IMG/VR virus record: IMGVR_UViG_2681813318_000003
Strand: one strand, 5' to 3'
Length of the DNA: 64,000 nt
Origin: a virus
Lineage: Duplodnaviria; Heunggongvirae; Uroviricota; Caudoviricetes
The notes under the pieces were generated by a model. That model was not told where the DNA came from and made no database searches. It worked only from the letters and a program-made list of their open reading frames with translations. Shown piece by piece: positions 38,400 through 47,180 of the stretch. The position numbers and the translations under genes were made by a program. How positions within the stretch are numbered: position 1 is the first letter of the stretch; each line of letters begins with the position of its first letter.

Positions 38400-39740
38400 T
38401 TAGGTAACGTCTAAGATCCGCTCAATGAAGCGCATTTGTTCGAGGTTTTGTTTAACACGAATGCTGATCCCTCCCTGCTGGTTACGTGAACCAGCAAAGT
38501 AGAGACGAGCCTCTCCTTTCGCTTCTTCTTCTTCGGTTTTGTTGATCGTTATTACCAGGTCAGCAATACGTACTTTTTCGATGTTGTCGGCGGCGTGCAT
38601 CATTGTGGCAACTTCTGACGCGCCACCTTCACGGTTTGTCTGCGATGCCGTGATTCCAGCAACGTTATGTTTGTCATAAAGAGCACGTAAATCGGTGTAG
38701 ATACTACGAATGTTGGCGCGATCATCACGAAGGTCATAACTGGCACGCATCAAATCTGCGTAGTCGACAACAAGCATGTCAGGCACCATGCCATTGGCTT
38801 TCATACTGTTAAGCATACGGTCCAGATCTGCCGGTGACATACTTCCTGACGGACGCTCAACCACCCACAAACTACCAATCCCCTTCGTGGCTCCCAACTC
38901 TGCCAACTTACGATGAACCTCATCGCGCCGTTCCACCAGCTTGGACATTTCTGTCTCCGACAATCTTGCATCAAAACGGTCGGATAAAATGGTGGTGTGA
39001 ACCTCCAGCGAAAGATACAGAACATTGTAGCCAGCAAGCGTTGCATTTATGGAAAATTCACCCATTGCGGTCGATTTACCGGATTTAGCGAACCCCATGA
39101 AGAGCACCATTTCACGCTTCGCCCAGCCTTTTTGGTACAGCAACCTATCGAGCAGAGGGAGTCCAGTTGTAATGCTGTTTGGCACATACTCCTCTGAAGC
39201 CTCATATTCACGCGCTTTCAATCGCTCACTTGCGGAGGTGTAGTAGTCATAGATTCCGGTCGCTTCGTTCGATCCAATCTGCTGAACCTTGGCCATGATT
39301 GCCATCGCCCCCTGAAAGTCGCCTTTCTCTTTCAGTTCAGCAGCCTTAATCAGAGCATCATCAAACGCTACACTTTTTGCGAAGGTTGATACCTGGTCAA
39401 CCATGTACGAGGTATCGGACAATTTTTCTGCAAGAATGCGCTTAAACGCAGCAACAACATCGGCGAATAGTTCCTCACGGATAGTCTTATCGCGTTTCGC
39501 ACGCTTAAGCATATCCAGAATTGCAGATGAAGAGGGCGCGCTCTTGTACATACGGTAATAGCCCGAAACCATATTAACCAATATGGCATTGGCCGCATTG
39601 GCAAATTGGCTAGGCACAACCAGATCTCCCGCACGAGTAAGAAACTCGTGATCACGACAAAAATATGCCGTCAGTCTGTTCTGGAAATCTTCATCAAACT
39701 CTTCGGACAGCCCGCGTCCTGTATGGCAAAGTTCTGTCAT
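38400..39740 (-). CDS. DnaB-like replicative DNA helicase
   Basis: 446 aa; Walker A GFAKSGKST, Walker B LVVDYADL, SQTNR arginine-finger region typical of the DnaB/RecA-fold helicase family. Confidence 0.8.
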   Translation of the reverse strand: MTELCHTGRGLSEEFDEDFQNRLTAYFCRDHEFLTRAGDLVVPSQFANAANAILVNMVSGYYRMYKSAPSSSAILDMLKRAKRDKTIREELFADVVAAFKRILAEKLSDTSYMVDQVSTFAKSVAFDDALIKAAELKEKGDFQGAMAIMAKVQQIGSNEATGIYDYYTSASERLKAREYEASEEYVPNSITTGLPLLDRLLYQKGWAKREMVLFMGFAKSGKSTAMGEFSINATLAGYNVLYLSLEVHTTILSDRFDARLSETEMSKLVERRDEVHRKLAELGATKGIGSLWVVERPSGSMSPADLDRMLNSMKANGMVPDMLVVDYADLMRASYDLRDDRANIRSIYTDLRALYDKHNVAGITASQTNREGGASEVATMMHAADNIEKVRIADLVITINKTEEEEAKGEARLYFAGSRNQQGGISIRVKQNLEQMRFIERILDVT

Positions 39741-39783
39741 GTGCTTTCCTTTGTTTTTTAAACAAATTGTTTTCTAGTATTAG

Positions 39784-40533
39784 TTAATTAGATAGGGGAT
39801 CAATAAACCGCCGTGCTTCTTCCAGTTCTTCTGGAAAGTGGGCGGAAATAAGGCGCTCTGGAACGATTTCCATTAGCCAGATAGCGGAGAAAATTGCGCG
39901 TATGCGCTTGCTGCGAGGGATGGTGCGCAAACGCTCCAGAATCCACTCAAAATAGCTTTCCTGAATCGGGTTGAACTGCATGTCTCCCATATGCTTAAAG
40001 CTAACAAGAGAGTCATCCAGACGGGTTGTTGCGCGTCTGGCTAATTTCTCTTCGAATATCTCAACCAGCTCTGGCTGCCACAAATGCTGTGGGCGCGGCA
40101 GCTTGTCCCACAGCCGTCGTGCAGCTGCGGAAAGAACGGTGGAGATAAAGTAGTCGTATGAGCAGCAATAGCGGTCAGCAAACTGGCGTGCTTTCCATAG
40201 AGACGTTTTATTGGCAGTCGACAACTCCTGATAAGGCAGGCGTTTTAACCCGGTGGTGAACGGAGCTGTTTCAAAGTGTTCGCGACCGTGCGTCAGCATG
40301 ATATTTGAGTACTGACGTTTGTATGCCTCCGTAAACAGACAGGTGGCCATAAGAGGATGCATGTCTCGGTAATCAAACCACTTCGTCTCGAAGAGTTCAG
40401 CCTCGTCTTTACAGCGCGACAAACCAATGTTTTCAGCGACCCACTTGTCCATAACAGCGGTATTCCACTCTGTCATGAAGTCGTACTGGTCGTTGTCGAT
40501 GGTATCGAAAAAGATTTGGCTCATGTGGCTCAC
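39784..40533 (-). CDS. hypothetical protein
   Basis: 249 aa ORF upstream of the helicase (possibly a helicase loader by position only). Confidence 0.55.
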   Translation of the reverse strand: MSHMSQIFFDTIDNDQYDFMTEWNTAVMDKWVAENIGLSRCKDEAELFETKWFDYRDMHPLMATCLFTEAYKRQYSNIMLTHGREHFETAPFTTGLKRLPYQELSTANKTSLWKARQFADRYCCSYDYFISTVLSAAARRLWDKLPRPQHLWQPELVEIFEEKLARRATTRLDDSLVSFKHMGDMQFNPIQESYFEWILERLRTIPRSKRIRAIFSAIWLMEIVPERLISAHFPEELEEARRFIDPLSN

Positions 40534-40798
40534 CTGGTAGGTAGTTACTTACTTATCACAATGGACGGATGATAGCGACTGGTGTCAGTTTTTGGAAGTG
40601 AAAACGGAAGGGAGTTGTTCTGGTGGTGTCTTTTAAAAGACCTGCTTCCGTATATATTTAATAAGTTACTTATTATTTATATACAGAAACAGGCTCCTAA
40701 TGGATACCAAGAACAACATAATTTGACTCCAACTCCAGATGCTATGTCATTGACAGATTTATCAAGGGAGATCATGTTAGAATTAGTGTTTTAGCCTC

Positions 40799-41872
40799 GT
40801 GGATATTGTCACCATGCGCATGAATAGACTTCCAGGATATGGCCTTCCCGAACTGGCTTTTTGGCCTCAGCCTAAATATGAACGGAATAAATGGTCGATG
40901 TTCTGTCTGAAACTCCGTAATGATGGAACCCTTGCTTGGTATCGGCGATATGTTGATCGTGGTATGCCAAACCACGCTGTTGATGACGACTACGATAACT
41001 ATCCTGAAGCAAGAAAAGCGGCATTAGAGCTGAATAAAAACGTGAGCTTTGACATTGAAAAACTTCCTCTATCTATGTTTCAAAAGAAGTCATTGCGTTT
41101 GAAAGTTGACAAAGCACTCAAAGCCAAATCACGTCTCATGGATGAAGAGTATATAATGCTCAACGAAGCAATTAAGGCACACGCCAACGATCCGCGAGTG
41201 ACATTAAATGAGTTAATAATTAACCCAGATTACGAAACTTTGCGTCAACCCCTTTTTGACGTGCTAAGCGAGATGCCTTACTTACATTTTGTTTTTCTTC
41301 CCAAATTCCAAGTTTCACTTCAACTCGTTGCTCCTAACACTTGGGAATGTTCATATAACAACAAAGCTAAGACAGCGAAGATCTGCTACCAAGAACGCAT
41401 AGCCAGAGGTTTTGGTTTATCAGGTGCTGCACATTGGGGAAAAACAAAAGCGACTATTCGCTCAATGCTGCTGCCGCGTGCTAACCGGTTACTGCAACTC
41501 GCCAGCGTAAAAAGAATGCTGGATGAAGCTCTCAGGAATGGGCAAAAGGTACTGGTTGTTGGCAACTTTGTTTTCTGGTTTGAGGACAAAAATCAGGTAG
41601 GTTGGAGTGTTAAAGTTGCTAGCGAAAGCGAAACCACCTCAAGAGGCAATACGCTCTGGAAAGAAGGAACTATCATTTCAAAAAATCACGGTCGAATTGT
41701 CGTGCTGCCGTATACAAAAGAAAACGGTAAACATGTAAAAGGTTATACCAAGAATGCCCCTAACGACGGCAATGCAATTCCGAGACATAAGGATGAGTAT
41801 GTTGAGTTGCCCTTTGAAATTTTGGATGGTGACTTGATGTTCAGTCTGTTCGGTGAGCTTAACTACGAATAG
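40799..41872 (+). CDS. hypothetical protein (plus-strand orphan)
   Basis: 357 aa ORF convergent with the partition operon; start uncertain (GTG 40799 or ATG 40814/40820; no clear RBS). Confidence 0.5.
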   Translation: MDIVTMRMNRLPGYGLPELAFWPQPKYERNKWSMFCLKLRNDGTLAWYRRYVDRGMPNHAVDDDYDNYPEARKAALELNKNVSFDIEKLPLSMFQKKSLRLKVDKALKAKSRLMDEEYIMLNEAIKAHANDPRVTLNELIINPDYETLRQPLFDVLSEMPYLHFVFLPKFQVSLQLVAPNTWECSYNNKAKTAKICYQERIARGFGLSGAAHWGKTKATIRSMLLPRANRLLQLASVKRMLDEALRNGQKVLVVGNFVFWFEDKNQVGWSVKVASESETTSRGNTLWKEGTIISKNHGRIVVLPYTKENGKHVKGYTKNAPNDGNAIPRHKDEYVELPFEILDGDLMFSLFGELNYE

Positions 41873-41932
41873 CTTTCATAGAACGAAATATTTCTAAGGC
41901 TGTCCAATGCAGACCAGCCTTAGAGATTTATA

Positions 41933-42292
41933 TCAACCTTTCTTCATTAACTCGCGTTTAATTTCATCGGTACGCATCGTGACATCGGCAGCAGTGATCG
42001 CCTCGTTAAGCTTCACGATGTCCTCGATTTCCTGCGGTGACTTCTCTGCCAGATGGAAAATGGCTGCTCGAATCACGTCAGAACGAGTGAACTTCTCGAA
42101 GCGAGGGATGAACTTCATCATCTCCAGCAGTTCGAAGTATTCGTCTTCCAGTGACATTGTGCGGCTTTTAATTTTCTCTTTGCCACGAGTCGGGCGTCCC
42201 TGTGGTCTGACTGGTTGGCGCAAAGGAGTTGTGTTCTTAGCCGGTGCATCAGGCTCTTTGCGCTTTGCTAGGTCACCCATTTTCATGGACAT
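41933..42292 (-). CDS. small partition protein, candidate centromere-binding protein (ParG/ParB-like)
   Basis: 119 aa; basic flexible N-terminus (KRKEPDAPAKNTTPLRQPVRPQGRPTRGKEK) and helical C-terminal domain; immediately downstream of and coupled to parA. Confidence 0.5.
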   Translation of the reverse strand: MSMKMGDLAKRKEPDAPAKNTTPLRQPVRPQGRPTRGKEKIKSRTMSLEDEYFELLEMMKFIPRFEKFTRSDVIRAAIFHLAEKSPQEIEDIVKLNEAITAADVTMRTDEIKRELMKKG

Positions 42293-42960
42293 TATTCTTC
42301 TTCCTCCAGACTCAACAGATAATCTACAAATTCTTCAAACTCGGCTTCCGCCTTTTTGTCGCGCTCGCTACCGGTCATTTCAAAGATAGAACGACCAGAC
42401 TCTTCCGCATCATCATAGACGTTGCGGTTATATAGATTGACTGGCGCAGACTCGATGCCAAACGTCTCAACAATCTCTTTAGCCGCCAGAATGCGAGACA
42501 CTTGTGATGGCAAAGCCGGGCACTGGTTCATGACCGCGCGGACCTTCACTTTATCGTTTACATTACGAACATTGTCGATAATAGGATCAATGTCACGCAG
42601 AGATTTCAAATCACGACGCTTAGGACGAAGCGGGATAATGATAACGTCGGCCATCAGCATCGCTTGTCGCTGAATTTCGGAGTCAAAGCCACCAGCATCT
42701 ACCACTACAAACTCAGCTCTACCCTGAAGCGATTTTAGGTGCTTAATGATGTCATCCTGAACGTATGCAAAAGGAATCAGCTCAAGGTCTTCGTTCTGTC
42801 GACGGTCTTCACACCAGCTTGTTGTCGTGCGCTGAATATCTATATCAGTGATATAAACCTTCTTCTTCTTTTTGACTTTCAGGCAAACGGCAATTTGCTG
42901 GGCAACGGTGGATTTGCCAGGCCCGCCCTTTGTGCCGCCAACCACAAAGATCTTGGTCAT
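42292..42960 (-). CDS. parA: ParA/ParF-family partition ATPase
   Basis: 222 aa; deviant Walker A GGTKGGPGKST at N-terminus and ParA-like core. Confidence 0.8.
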   Translation of the reverse strand: MTKIFVVGGTKGGPGKSTVAQQIAVCLKVKKKKKVYITDIDIQRTTTSWCEDRRQNEDLELIPFAYVQDDIIKHLKSLQGRAEFVVVDAGGFDSEIQRQAMLMADVIIIPLRPKRRDLKSLRDIDPIIDNVRNVNDKVKVRAVMNQCPALPSQVSRILAAKEIVETFGIESAPVNLYNRNVYDDAEESGRSIFEMTGSERDKKAEAEFEEFVDYLLSLEEEE

Positions 42961-43086
42961 TGGAGAGTTCCCTTTGCGTATATAATTATCGTCTGAAACA
43001 ACTTGTTTTCTTATATGTGATATAGCCTAAATGCCTACGGCTGCGGTGTAAAGGTTTAATGATAGGTACATAGGTGGGCTTAATAA

Positions 43087-43112
43087 CAAAAAACCCGCCG
43101 TAGCGGGTTTAT
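43087..43112 (-). terminator. rho-independent terminator (CCCGC CGTA GCGGG flanked by A6/T-run)
   Basis: Stem 43094-43098 / 43103-43107; reads as hairpin plus T6 on the minus strand immediately after the stop at 43109; also T-rich on the plus side. Confidence 0.7.
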
Positions 43113-43882
43113 TGATTCATAGATCGTTTACTCAGAATGTTCACTATATGAGTACAAGCACCTGGGGTGAGATTGATTTTATTAGTCCCCCACTCTTCAC
43201 GTCTTCGCATCTGGCCTCCGTCAGACTTACCGATATCCCACGGAATAAAACCACTTACGCCACAGGCATCCTCACCCAATTCCTCTATAAAATTTTCGTT
43301 CTTCGTATCGTAAATTTCGACCAGTCCATGTTTGCGCATACTCACAGCCCAAAGAGTTGCGCCTTTTATCGTCTGTAACGTATCGCAAACCAAGTATTGA
43401 TACTTATCTACGAGATAAAGGTAAGCAAAACTTGCGATGCCTAATCCCATATAATCAGCATGAGTAAAAACCCCTCTAATCTGCTTGGCGCTGACTTTTA
43501 CTCCAGATTTATCCTTGATTGGAAACTCGCAGTAGGCCACGCGGAAGACTGTTTGGACTGGCTGCCCCACATGCAACTTGTAGGATTCAATTTCTGCTCC
43601 TATCTCAAGAGGTGTGTAACCAGCACGTTTGAGTCGCTTAACTTCCTGCTCTTGGTAATCAGGATCACATGACTCAAGACACTCGCCAACAATACAGCGT
43701 TCATAGGCCGAATCAACAAGCTCGTATTCGGTAAATCGAATTAGATCGAAACCTCGGGAGATAAAATAGAACTCACCGAGAGCGATAATTCTCGTCGCTC
43801 TCGGCATTTCAGACAAGACCTTGCTGTAGTCTTCTATTTCAGGGATTAATCTGTTCGCCTGACCAATTAGAGATGGTGCCAT
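43109..43882 (-). CDS. hypothetical protein
   Basis: 257 aa ORF between lysis and partition modules. Confidence 0.55.
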   Translation of the reverse strand: MAPSLIGQANRLIPEIEDYSKVLSEMPRATRIIALGEFYFISRGFDLIRFTEYELVDSAYERCIVGECLESCDPDYQEQEVKRLKRAGYTPLEIGAEIESYKLHVGQPVQTVFRVAYCEFPIKDKSGVKVSAKQIRGVFTHADYMGLGIASFAYLYLVDKYQYLVCDTLQTIKGATLWAVSMRKHGLVEIYDTKNENFIEELGEDACGVSGFIPWDIGKSDGGQMRRREEWGTNKINLTPGACTHIVNILSKRSMNQ

Positions 43883-44286
43883 GAAGTATTCTGTGCCGTT
43901 GATGGTTCCATATCATCGATTTTACAGAATTTCTTCATAAAAGACTCTACAACTTGTTTGATTCGTGAAGAAATATCACGATCTAAACACTTCAAGTCAG
44001 GATATTGTTCAGCAACATCTAAAACAAAAGAGGTTCGTTTACCGTTAGCGACAACCTCGGCCAACGGTTTAACCAGTGACGTAGAATTAGAGACCTTTTC
44101 GGCACGCGCCACATCGCTCTTAAAAGTGACGATGAAGTGCTGGCGGTTAGCTGATTCACGGCACAACATACGTCGCACTTCTACTGCGTCTTCACTGTTG
44201 TGAATACGCATAGGAAAGCTGTCGATAACCGCAGTATTGGTGCGGATCGTCTGCATAGAACGCGTATTGTCATGATAATTTAGCAT
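43867..44286 (-). CDS. hypothetical protein
   Basis: 139 aa ORF overlapping the downstream gene start. Confidence 0.5.
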   Translation of the reverse strand: MLNYHDNTRSMQTIRTNTAVIDSFPMRIHNSEDAVEVRRMLCRESANRQHFIVTFKSDVARAEKVSNSTSLVKPLAEVVANGKRTSFVLDVAEQYPDLKCLDRDISSRIKQVVESFMKKFCKIDDMEPSTAQNTSWHHL

Positions 44287-44495
44287 ATATCCACCTTAGC
44301 CGTTAACACAAGTGTCATTGCGGCACCCCTCTCGGGGTTGAAGGCTACGAGAATGCGTAGCCTGTATGTGCCCACTTACGTGGATGCCTAATAAATCTAC
44401 ATCAAATTACTAAATGATTCAACATGAGCTTGAGTGAACAGGCGTGTATATGAGTGAAGATGCCATCTTTAGGATAAAAGGTAAACTGAGATCAA

Positions 44496-44741
44496 TCATC
44501 GACTCAGTTCAGGTGCCCCCCACTCACACAGCCTTTCACCTATCGTATTGTGGATAAGCAACTGTCGCTCCGTTTCCTCAGTCATAAAATCCTCTCTACT
44601 CACATAGATAGGATTTGCAGCATCGCAGAATAGCACGCCTGGAGCCTGCGTCTTAATCACGCACCCATTTATCAAACAGCTCGCGATGAACACCAGAGGC
44701 ATCTTTTTGCCGCACTTCATTAACCGTTTCATTTTTGACAT
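44496..44741 (-). CDS. outer-membrane spanin (o-spanin lipoprotein), overlapped with i-spanin
   Basis: Out-of-frame ORF starting inside the i-spanin gene; lipoprotein signal with lipobox (MKRLMKCGKKMPLVFIASC / LINGC). Exact start ambiguous (44702-44741). Confidence 0.5.
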   Translation of the reverse strand: MSKMKRLMKCGKKMPLVFIASCLINGCVIKTQAPGVLFCDAANPIYVSREDFMTEETERQLLIHNTIGERLCEWGAPELSR

Positions 44742-44904
44742 CCACTGTGCTTTGAAGTCGTTTTCTGTCTTCCTGTTTTGCCTTCTCTTCCATTGCTCGT
44801 CGCGCCGCATTCCCGCCCATCGTGTAAGCGCCGACCAGAACGAAAAGAACGGCAGCCAGCGTAATCAAAGCAACTTTTAGCTTTGTCATCAGGCTGCCTA
44901 GCAT
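44653..44904 (-). CDS. inner-membrane spanin (i-spanin)
   Basis: 83 aa; N-terminal TM helix then charged periplasmic helical domain; o-spanin frame begins within it. Confidence 0.55.
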   Translation of the reverse strand: MLGSLMTKLKVALITLAAVLFVLVGAYTMGGNAARRAMEEKAKQEDRKRLQSTVDVKNETVNEVRQKDASGVHRELFDKWVRD

Positions 44905-44905
44905 A

Positions 44906-45625
44906 TTAGACCATCCCTTTCTGGTGTTTTCTTACCTGCGACCAGGCAATGAATCCTGCCACAACAATAGTGGCAATACCGAAGATGATGCGTACTGTAT
45001 CCCCGCTAGAGATATGACCTTGTGCTTTATCCATAGCAGCGGAAACCTGTGGCATAACATCGGCCAGCTGTGCCAGACCAATACCTGCTGTAACAGTTGC
45101 GCCTGCGGTTTCTTTAGTTACAGGAACAGCCTTCACGGTTTTCACCGGCTTAACGACGCCAGCTCGACGCAGACCTTCCTCAATAACTTCTGCCGCATAC
45201 CAGGTGTTCAGCGTTTTTAGCGGACCTCGCCCATTCTCATGGCGAATGATTGCCTCAACCAAAGGTCGAAGGATGTCGTAATCATGCAGATCGATGATCA
45301 TGTCTGCGGTTACACCAACGGCTTTAGACACCTCATTAATGTAGGCGTCAGTGTTGTTTTCATTCGGCGGTGCCCAACGTTCAATAACTTCACGAATGGT
45401 ATCGATACTTGAGCCGTCTTTTGCGCGACGTTTGTCGTGGTAGGTAATTAGAGTCACCGCCAGCGCACGAATCCCCCAAACAGGGTCTTTAAACGTGCAA
45501 AAGCGCGGTTCGTCTGGATTCGCAACCAGACCTTGCCACGGTGATCCTTTATCAAGATTACCGGGGTTATTATTACGAATGCCTCTCGGAGTCTTCATCC
45601 TTGATCTCCTGTTATTGCAGTCCAT
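44906..45625 (-). CDS. lysis-cassette protein with C-terminal TM helix (possible endolysin-type peptidoglycan hydrolase)
   Basis: 239 aa; GIRNNNPGNL motif near N-terminus and C-terminal hydrophobic helix; functional call by position between holin-like and spanin genes. Confidence 0.35.
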   Translation of the reverse strand: MDCNNRRSRMKTPRGIRNNNPGNLDKGSPWQGLVANPDEPRFCTFKDPVWGIRALAVTLITYHDKRRAKDGSSIDTIREVIERWAPPNENNTDAYINEVSKAVGVTADMIIDLHDYDILRPLVEAIIRHENGRGPLKTLNTWYAAEVIEEGLRRAGVVKPVKTVKAVPVTKETAGATVTAGIGLAQLADVMPQVSAAMDKAQGHISSGDTVRIIFGIATIVVAGFIAWSQVRKHQKGMV

Positions 45626-45947
45626 TTTTTACGCCATACGCGGCTAACCCCAAAAGCAGTGCAGTAATAATGAACGACGTTATTTTAGAAACAATGCCGC
45701 CAAAGAACCCACTGGAGATGGAATCTAACCGGTTAAGGAGTTTGTCCAGATTGGAGTGTTGAATACTATGTTGCGCCGGGGTCATATCACCAAAGTAGGT
45801 TTTCAGCTGATCATTGACCTCCTGGCCAATTTCTTCACGTAGCTCTTTGCCTAATTTGCCAACAACCTCCCGAGCAACGATCGCGGCAATACGCTCAACT
45901 TGCTCTGTTGTAACGCCCGCCATCTCGTTCGACATATTTTCCTCCAT
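45612..45947 (-). CDS. holin-like small membrane protein
   Basis: 111 aa with C-terminal TM helix, immediately upstream of the putative lysin; call positional. Confidence 0.3.
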   Translation of the reverse strand: MEENMSNEMAGVTTEQVERIAAIVAREVVGKLGKELREEIGQEVNDQLKTYFGDMTPAQHSIQHSNLDKLLNRLDSISSGFFGGIVSKITSFIITALLLGLAAYGVKNGLQ

Positions 45948-46016
45948 GAAAAGTCAAATCGGGATGGCGGATTTATATCACATTTCACCCTTTTGTTGTA
46001 GGTGTGTGCTTACCTA

Positions 46017-46247
46017 TCATTCAGCATTGCAACGGACTGATGAGAAAGCACCTACTCCAACCCATCGCCAGTTATAGATGCTACCCGCTTTGTATAAGGT
46101 ATAGTCGTTCACTTTTTTAACAGCATATATGGGTATGACTGTCTCCTGTCCACCAATGCTAGCCTCACCATAACATATAGGTGTCGGCAATTTCTGGCAG
46201 CCAGTAAGAGAGAGAACAACAGCTATTGTTAGAAATAATCTTTTCAT
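46017..46247 (-). CDS. small lipoprotein
   Basis: 76 aa; signal peptide with lipobox LTGC. Confidence 0.5.
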   Translation of the reverse strand: MKRLFLTIAVVLSLTGCQKLPTPICYGEASIGGQETVIPIYAVKKVNDYTLYKAGSIYNWRWVGVGAFSSVRCNAE

Positions 46248-46257
46248 CGTTTACTCA

Positions 46258-46866
46258 TCAGTTATACAGATTTCTATTTATTACCGGTACTCTGCCATTT
46301 ACACTAAAACTATGGCCGCCATTAAGTTGGTTTACGAATATAGAGCTAACAGTATTTCCATATGCCGCATATCCATAAACCATTGTCATGGCCCCGCCCG
46401 GTACTGGAACCGCGAACACATTTGCATATGTTGGGATTATCGCTGGCGGGTAATCAAAAACATGCCCTCCAGAACTGTTCCACTCCGTATTATTAAGAAA
46501 GGTAAATGAAAGTGGGATATTTGCCGTATTATAGATTTCCTCCCCTTGTGCATTGAAAAAACTCATGCCCCAAGTTTCTTTTTTGGCTATACCTTTCGAA
46601 AATACGTATATCGTGGCACTAGAGTCGCTACCCTGACCTCCGAAACTGTAAATCACCTGGTTGTTACGCACTATTCTGTTGGCTATTAATGAAACAGCTT
46701 TCGAATAGGCAACAAAAATCATCGGTGAACGATCTGGAGATATTTGGGTGTTAAACTCTGTCCCGCCAGACAAAGAAACAACCTGCTTTCTCTGAAAAAC
46801 GATAGGAGACAAAGAAGGAGACATCCAGACCTTCCCGTCAGATCGATATATCTTGCTTCCGTACAT
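46258..46866 (-). CDS. hypothetical tail-fibre-associated protein
   Basis: 202 aa Gly/Ser/Asn-rich ORF directly downstream of the tail fibre gene. Confidence 0.5.
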   Translation of the reverse strand: MYGSKIYRSDGKVWMSPSLSPIVFQRKQVVSLSGGTEFNTQISPDRSPMIFVAYSKAVSLIANRIVRNNQVIYSFGGQGSDSSATIYVFSKGIAKKETWGMSFFNAQGEEIYNTANIPLSFTFLNNTEWNSSGGHVFDYPPAIIPTYANVFAVPVPGGAMTMVYGYAAYGNTVSSIFVNQLNGGHSFSVNGRVPVINRNLYN

Positions 46867-47120
46867 TATTTTTGAAAAACCAATATGTTTAAATTGCCAC
46901 TAGCTCCAGACCATGAAATGGTATTTCCAGAAACCGTAAGACTTGTGTATTTCCCATTGGTTACGTCCATTATGTAATAGTCGATTCCCAATCCCGCCTC
47001 AACCTCATATGTTCTACTTCCAGAACCAGAGGGAGTAAAATAATCGAGGTAATAAACAGGGGCCAACGCATCGACCATCTCCTGTCTTGATGGCGACCAT
47101 ACCTGTGCACCATAGCTCAT
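46866..47120 (-). CDS. hypothetical protein
   Basis: 84 aa ORF; stop/start abuts the next gene. Confidence 0.45.
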   Translation of the reverse strand: MSYGAQVWSPSRQEMVDALAPVYYLDYFTPSGSGSRTYEVEAGLGIDYYIMDVTNGKYTSLTVSGNTISWSGASGNLNILVFQK

Positions 47121-47180
47121 AAATATATCCTTATACTTTTAAGCAGGGGCTGGTTTAGTTCCAGCCCCGATTGAAGTTGT

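Noticed and set aside
42870-42895. CTTCTTCTTCTTTTT run in parA (encodes KKKKK) as a slippage or phase-variation tract
   Set aside because: Short, interrupted, and in frame within a conserved ATPase; no evidence of a contingency locus.
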